DNA from: a virus
Taxonomy: Duplodnaviria > Caudoviricetes
Reading direction: 5' to 3' (one strand)
Length of the DNA stretch: 64,000 nt
Virus record (IMG/VR): IMGVR_UViG_3300037067_012456
Location: 1-64,000 of that record
Shown here: positions 58,722 to 64,000 of the stretch, piece after piece
Layout of the letters: each line of letters starts with the position of its first letter
How positions within the stretch are numbered: the stretch's first letter is position 1
Notes under the pieces: model-generated
What the model saw: only the letters and a program-made list of their open reading frames with translations
What the model was told of the DNA's origin: nothing
The model's database searches: none
Made by a program: the position numbers and the translations under genes

Positions 58722-59860
58722 TTAGAAACCTCAATAACTCTTTCTAATCTCTCTAATCCTCTTTTTATTAATTTTTCTTTATCTATAGAAAAATCTCCTG
58801 TTTTTACAAAATCAATAAAAGTATCTTGATGACTTTTTTTATTATTAATAAATATATTATCTATATTTGTACTTGATGCTTTTGTTCTTTTTTTAATAGA
58901 ACCAATTAAACAATTTTTTGATTTAAAAAATTTATATAGTTCATTTGTATCTATTTTTTCATTAAAAAAATAATCAATAAAAACAACAGAATTTGATAAA
59001 ATTCTCATTGTTTTTAAATGATCAATAGGTGTTATATCATCTGGTATAGAATATTTAATAAATCTTCTTATACCAATTATTTCTTCAAATTTTATATCTC
59101 CATTATGATCAATAAGACAATATCCTTTTTTAGTATTAATATCTGTAGCATCCATATAAGTTGGAGAACCAGAATAAACTACTTTAACAGAAGGAGATCC
59201 ATATATTTGATGCATATGAATATGACCAAGTAAGAAAAGAAATTTTTTATCAGAAGAAATTGTATTTTTATCTAAAAGAGGAACACCTCTTGATAGCATT
59301 CTACCTTCAGATCCAATTTGTGAACTAATTTCTTGTAAATGAGATACTATTATTGTTTTATCAGAAGATGTTTGAATTGCTTTATTTAAAGCGTCTTCAA
59401 TTAAGATATCTTTATCTTTTAAAGATTTACTAGGAATATAAGGTATAAATTTTATATTCCAATTATTCCATGATATAGATTCTATGGGATCTAATTTATC
59501 ACATAAATGAATATTATTTAATTTTAAATTATTTGTATAAATAATACTGTGTGCATACATACTTGTATCATGATTTCCAGTTATAAAATAGCAGGGTTTC
59601 CCTATTGTATTTATTTTTTGAAACCACCCTATCAAAAAATTTATAATTTGCGGAGTTGGATTATTTGTATGTGTCATATCTCCACCAAATATTAACATAT
59701 CTATATCTGGTTTAGATAGTCGTTCAGCAATAGCATTTAGAGCAACCATGCTATCTTGTTCTGCAGAATAAATACCATCCTCATTCTGTATTGAATGAGA
59801 TCTTAAACCCACATGAGAATCACTAAAAAATAATATCATTAATCTATTCTGTTTCTCCAA
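58718..59860 (-). CDS. sbcD: SbcD/Mre11 (gp47-like) nuclease
   Basis: SDSHVG, GGD, GNHD, GHIH, YSGS. Confidence 0.92.
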   Translation of the reverse strand: MEKQNRLMILFFSDSHVGLRSHSIQNEDGIYSAEQDSMVALNAIAERLSKPDIDMLIFGGDMTHTNNPTPQIINFLIGWFQKINTIGKPCYFITGNHDTSMYAHSIIYTNNLKLNNIHLCDKLDPIESISWNNWNIKFIPYIPSKSLKDKDILIEDALNKAIQTSSDKTIIVSHLQEISSQIGSEGRMLSRGVPLLDKNTISSDKKFLFLLGHIHMHQIYGSPSVKVVYSGSPTYMDATDINTKKGYCLIDHNGDIKFEEIIGIRRFIKYSIPDDITPIDHLKTMRILSNSVVFIDYFFNEKIDTNELYKFFKSKNCLIGSIKKRTKASSTNIDNIFINNKKSHQDTFIDFVKTGDFSIDKEKLIKRGLERLERVIEVSK

Positions 59861-60381
59861 TCAATTTGTTTTTTACATTTAGAACACTCTAATTGCCAAG
59901 GATCAAATATATTACCACAAGAACAAACATAATTAAAATTATAGAAATTATCATCATAAGTATCTCTAACTTTTTTATATTTTTTTGGAATACATACTTC
60001 TGATATTACAACCTCAGTTGGATTATATTTAAAATTTTTAACAAAATTAGTAAAACTTGATATTTGTTTAAATTTATCTGGAAGATCTCCAATTTTATGT
60101 TGTTCTAATGTATATTTTGCTGCTTCTAATAATTTATTTAATCCATGTTCTTCAGACAATAAATTAGTAATATTTTGAACTCTAGATTGAAATAAATTAT
60201 CTAAAGATTTAGATGCGGCTTTTTTTATTAATTTCCCATTAGAATCATAAGATGCTTGAAATTTAAATACTAATACTTTAGAATATAGATCATATATATT
60301 TCTATAATCATTTTCTCCAAAAGTATCAATACACCATTGTTTAAATTTATTATGAATTTTTATATAAGAATCTTGTGTCAT
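59839..60381 (-). CDS. hypothetical protein with C-terminal zinc ribbon
   Basis: CSCG...CSKC; ATG almost at the predicted +1 of the upstream promoter. Confidence 0.6.
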   Translation of the reverse strand: MTQDSYIKIHNKFKQWCIDTFGENDYRNIYDLYSKVLVFKFQASYDSNGKLIKKAASKSLDNLFQSRVQNITNLLSEEHGLNKLLEAAKYTLEQHKIGDLPDKFKQISSFTNFVKNFKYNPTEVVISEVCIPKKYKKVRDTYDDNFYNFNYVCSCGNIFDPWQLECSKCKKQIDWRNRID

Positions 60382-60386
60382 TATTT

Positions 60387-60415
60387 AATATAATATTATT
60401 TATTTTAAGTGTCAA
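60387..60415 (-). promoter_or_regulatory. sigma70-type promoter (leaderless transcript)
   Basis: TTGACA-17-TATATT with ATG 5 nt downstream of the -10 box. Confidence 0.7.
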
Positions 60416-61485
60416 GCACAATTTTTCTTTAAAGTGGCTTTATCTATTAAATTAAAATCAACAGTACGAGAACATTTTGGACAAACATCTTCTTTATCTA
60501 AATCAATTTCATAATTACACATACATTTATAATGTATATTACCTTCGGTAATATTAACTTCAGCTTTTTTATTTTTTGTTATAAATTGTACTAATAATCT
60601 TTTAGTAAAAAATGAAAAAATCTTGTTATCATATTGTTTTTTTAAATTAATAATTCCTTGAACTAATAAATCTACTCCATATTCTTCTCTCATTTCTAAA
60701 TAAGCTTTAGCTATCCACTTTTCTTTGTATTTCACTAAATGACCGCTTGCAAGTTCAATTCTAGTCATCTGTTTTAAAAACTCATAGTATTCTAAATATT
60801 TCTGATCAAAATCAAGTTTTTGTACAGAAATGAATTTTTGAGTTATATTAGTATTTTCTAAGTTAATTTCATCTTTACAAGAATTTTCTAAGGTAGTGTC
60901 GATCCCAGAGTCTTCTGCCTTTGGCACAAAAATCTTTGATGTAATCTCTTTAGTAGTCTTTATAGTAATCTCTGGTATTGCTGGTTCATTATAGTCCTTC
61001 ATAAGTGCTTCCTGGTCTTTTGTAGGTTCACTGGGAACATTCGTAAGTGCTTCACCATTTATAGAATAACCCAATTTAAATAGATCTTCCTGTATTTTTA
61101 AATTATTAATTCTATATTGATATGTTTTGTCCCATTTATACTTAGGATTTTTTCTTCTTAATATATATTCATTTTTTAATAAAATGTTCATTTTTCTGTG
61201 TATAGTATTTCTTGAGAAATCAATCATTAGTTCTTTAATAAGATCTTCTGCTTTTTTATAAATCCAACCAGATTTTAAACTTTCTATATCATTATCTAGT
61301 TCTTTTAGATTATTTTTTATTCTTCTATCATTTTCCTCTTTTAAATAATTATTAACATCATATACTCTTTCAGACCAATACATCATTTGATTAAGGATAA
61401 GAGCAGATAACCAATCTCCTGTTAATTCTACTAATTCTTCTTTAATTACAACTCTTTTTGATTTTTTTGGTTTATTTTGGGGCAT
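60412..61485 (-). CDS. replication initiator-like winged-helix protein
   Basis: ALILNQMMYWS...GWIYKKAEDL...WDKTYQYRIN pattern of phage initiator proteins; low-complexity linker; C-terminal zinc ribbon. Confidence 0.7.
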   Translation of the reverse strand: MPQNKPKKSKRVVIKEELVELTGDWLSALILNQMMYWSERVYDVNNYLKEENDRRIKNNLKELDNDIESLKSGWIYKKAEDLIKELMIDFSRNTIHRKMNILLKNEYILRRKNPKYKWDKTYQYRINNLKIQEDLFKLGYSINGEALTNVPSEPTKDQEALMKDYNEPAIPEITIKTTKEITSKIFVPKAEDSGIDTTLENSCKDEINLENTNITQKFISVQKLDFDQKYLEYYEFLKQMTRIELASGHLVKYKEKWIAKAYLEMREEYGVDLLVQGIINLKKQYDNKIFSFFTKRLLVQFITKNKKAEVNITEGNIHYKCMCNYEIDLDKEDVCPKCSRTVDFNLIDKATLKKNCA

Positions 61486-61520
61486 TCTTTTACCTTTTTA
61501 AGAAATAAGTATAATTAATT

Positions 61521-61549
61521 AATATATTACATAAATTAGGGAAAGTCAA
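61521..61549 (-). promoter_or_regulatory. sigma70-type promoter
   Basis: TTGACT-17-TATATT. Confidence 0.65.
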
Positions 61550-61653
61550 GAGAAAATTATCTTATAACTTTCTTAAATACTATTAAAATTTAACAAATTT
61601 ACGACATATTTATTATAAACTCATTGTTTAATTAGATTAATAGAGGTATTTAT

Positions 61654-62502
61654 ATGGCTGAAATAATAAAAATCAATTCAAAGAAAGCTATCGTATCATT
61701 GACGAGAGAAGATATATCAAAATATGACTTGGCTAGATGGATTAGAACAAATTCAAAAGGACAGGGACAATATGCTTTTACTAATTTGCAGCCATTTGAA
61801 AGAGTAGCTGCTCAATTATTTGGAGCAGAACACCCATCAATGCAAGTTAAAATAGCTGAAAATGTTATTTTTTACCCATTAGATGGAAATATAGATATCT
61901 TTTTACAAATTACTGATGATTTTTCAAAAGGGTATTATAATAATCATCCAACAAAACTTGTTTTTAATAAAGGAAAAAGTTTTGCTATTGAAGATTCTTT
62001 TAAACAAGCTGCTCTTGATGAAAAAGAGTCTGAAAAAGAGGAAGACTCTGAAGAAGATTCTGAAGAAGATTCTGAAGAAAAACCCGAAGAAACTTCTGAA
62101 AAAGAGGAAGATTCTAATTTAGAAGAAACACCAGAAAAAGAAGAATCTGAAGAAAACTCCGATGAAGAAGAATTTTTAACTGAAGTTAATACTTTCTTGG
62201 AAGAAATTAAAGACATGGCTCCAGAAGACATGGTTAAAAAGATAAGTCCAGAAGAATTACAAGCAATTAAAGATATGCTTCATATTACTAATACAGAAAG
62301 TGAAGAAAAACCTGAAAATGGTATTTTAAAAACAATTGATTTGAATGATGTTTCTGAAGAAGGTCCATCAGTTATAAAAATTGATTTATTAAAAGATAAT
62401 CCAGAAGAATTAGATAAATTTGTTTCAGATCATTTTCAAGATGATGCTCATGAATTTGGTTCAGATCAAATTAAAGATATAATGAAAAATGTTTTGAGGT
62501 AA
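61654..62502 (+). CDS. acidic hypothetical protein (possibly virion/scaffold)
   Basis: gaggt RBS; Glu/Asp-rich EEDS repeats. Confidence 0.7.
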   Translation: MAEIIKINSKKAIVSLTREDISKYDLARWIRTNSKGQGQYAFTNLQPFERVAAQLFGAEHPSMQVKIAENVIFYPLDGNIDIFLQITDDFSKGYYNNHPTKLVFNKGKSFAIEDSFKQAALDEKESEKEEDSEEDSEEDSEEKPEETSEKEEDSNLEETPEKEESEENSDEEEFLTEVNTFLEEIKDMAPEDMVKKISPEELQAIKDMLHITNTESEEKPENGILKTIDLNDVSEEGPSVIKIDLLKDNPEELDKFVSDHFQDDAHEFGSDQIKDIMKNVLR

Positions 62503-62506
62503 TTAA

Positions 62507-63895
62507 ATGATTAATTATAATTCTTTATTATATAATTTGAAAATAGCTAGTTTTGAGGATATATCTACTAGTTCTTCTTATACTACACCACAAAAAAAAG
62601 TAATATATAGAACTTTTATTACTTTTTTAAAAAATATTAATAAATATCCAAGTGCTTTTAGTAGATTAATTGATTTATTTAAAAAAGCAAAAGAATCAAA
62701 ATCAGAAACAGATCCATTTCATAAAAATACTTATGATCCATTAAAATATACTGCTGACTATATTAAAAAATGTATTGAAAATTATTTACAGACAGAATCT
62801 GGTTTAGATTTTGTTGGAACAGATACATCTTTAAAAAAAGAAGATATAACTGACGAACAAATTTCTAAATTAAGAGAAGAATCTCAAACACAAAAAAAGA
62901 AAGAACTTCAAGAAATGAAGGACAAAGGAAAGAAAAAAAGATTAACTGTTCCTCAAGACGAATTAAATGCATTACCTACACCCACTTCTAAAGAACTTAG
63001 TGGTATAACTACTAAATCTCTTAATAAAAGTAAATTTGTTGATCAATCTATTGTTGATAAAGCAATGGGTCTTCCTGAAGAAGAGGGTGGAGAAGATGTA
63101 GATTATATTGAAGAGGAAGAAGAACCAGTTGATATTCGTATACAAAAACATAAAAGACATAGCAATGAAGATTCTTTGATTAAGATAGCTATAGAATTAT
63201 TACAAGAAGATTATACTTTATTTGGAACATTAGTTTTACCAGCATTTTTTAAATTATGGTTAGAATCTTATGGTGATAAAATTATTGAACAATCTAATTT
63301 AACTAAAGAAGAAAAAGAAAAAGTAGAACATAGTGATACTTATAAAAAAACAGAAACAACAGATGCAACGGGTGCTCCTCTTAAAGTTGGTGATTCAATA
63401 AAATTAATACCAACATTTTCTGGTGAAGATAAAGACAATGCTGTTTTTACAGTAACAGATATTATTAATAAAATAGATGATATTGAACAAGATCCTACTA
63501 AAAGATTAGATTTTATATCTTATATGATTGGAAATGATCCAAAAAATACAAAAGTAGAACCACATTATATGGTTATAAAAGTTGATACAAATAAATCTGA
63601 AGCTATTGAAGAAGATCTTATACTTCATCAAGCTATTTATGATGTTCTTTCTAAAATGGCTATAGATTTAGGAATTGTTCAAAAAAATGTTGGAAATTTA
63701 AATCCAGGAGAAATTTCTGAAGCTACTGGTCCCGATAATACAAAATTACAAGTATCTAAAGATACAGAAGGTAATATTAGTGTTAAAGATGAAAAAACAA
63801 CAGAACCACCTATTACAGTATCAAAAGAAACCGCACCTCAATTAGACGAAACATTAAGACAGAAGAATATCAACTTAGTTCAAAATCAGGTATAG
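62507..63895 (+). CDS. acidic hypothetical protein
   Basis: gaggt RBS; 462-aa ORF in an operon with the previous gene. Confidence 0.7.
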   Translation: MINYNSLLYNLKIASFEDISTSSSYTTPQKKVIYRTFITFLKNINKYPSAFSRLIDLFKKAKESKSETDPFHKNTYDPLKYTADYIKKCIENYLQTESGLDFVGTDTSLKKEDITDEQISKLREESQTQKKKELQEMKDKGKKKRLTVPQDELNALPTPTSKELSGITTKSLNKSKFVDQSIVDKAMGLPEEEGGEDVDYIEEEEEPVDIRIQKHKRHSNEDSLIKIAIELLQEDYTLFGTLVLPAFFKLWLESYGDKIIEQSNLTKEEKEKVEHSDTYKKTETTDATGAPLKVGDSIKLIPTFSGEDKDNAVFTVTDIINKIDDIEQDPTKRLDFISYMIGNDPKNTKVEPHYMVIKVDTNKSEAIEEDLILHQAIYDVLSKMAIDLGIVQKNVGNLNPGEISEATGPDNTKLQVSKDTEGNISVKDEKTTEPPITVSKETAPQLDETLRQKNINLVQNQV

Positions 63896-64000
63896 AAATT
63901 ATGAATGATTTTAAATTTTCTTCTACTAATGAAGAAGATCTCCAAATATTATTAGATGCTGCTCAAGAAGAATATTTTATAAATTCTGTAGTAAAATATG

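Noticed and set aside
1087-59233. Short plus-strand ORFs antisense to long genes (e.g. 1087, 9842, 27265, 34076, 34588, 40950, 45822, 50883)
   Set aside because: Shadow frames of well-supported minus-strand genes, with Phe/Ile/Ser-rich antisense composition and no motifs.
62020-62170. gaagaagattct tandem repeats
   Set aside because: In-frame low-complexity coding for an acidic EEDS linker; no sign of an independent DNA element.

Overview
Very AT-rich segment of a large dsDNA (tailed, probably jumbo-type) bacteriophage genome read in the standard code. Almost all genes lie on the minus strand up to ~61.5 kb, followed by a plus-strand block of acidic proteins. Contents: (i) an accessory/translation region (0-13 kb) with 12 tRNAs, two aberrant tRNA-like RNAs, several unexplained structured intergenic RNAs, an RNA ligase, a peptide deformylase, MazG-like and ThyX-like proteins and a phosphoesterase; (ii) a replication/recombination block (DnaB, sigma factor, SF2 helicase, tubulin/FtsZ homologue, primase, DnaC-like loader, RecA, UDG-PolA fusion, RuvC, SSB, class II RNR, SbcCD, initiator-like protein) with five inteins and free-standing HNH/GIY-YIG endonucleases. 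The two best candidates for undescribed systems: (1) a leaderless 41-codon leader peptide with a mutually exclusive antiterminator/terminator (12325-12541), i.e. a ribosome-stalling attenuator in front of a five-tRNA operon, with the peptide rich in the amino acids those tRNAs carry; (2) three covarying ~57-nt hairpin RNAs (45614-45794) that fill the 5' leader of a 640-aa helical/TerD-like gene and resemble a Ro60/Y-RNA-type ribonucleoprotein module. All family calls are from motif recognition by eye; no searches were run.
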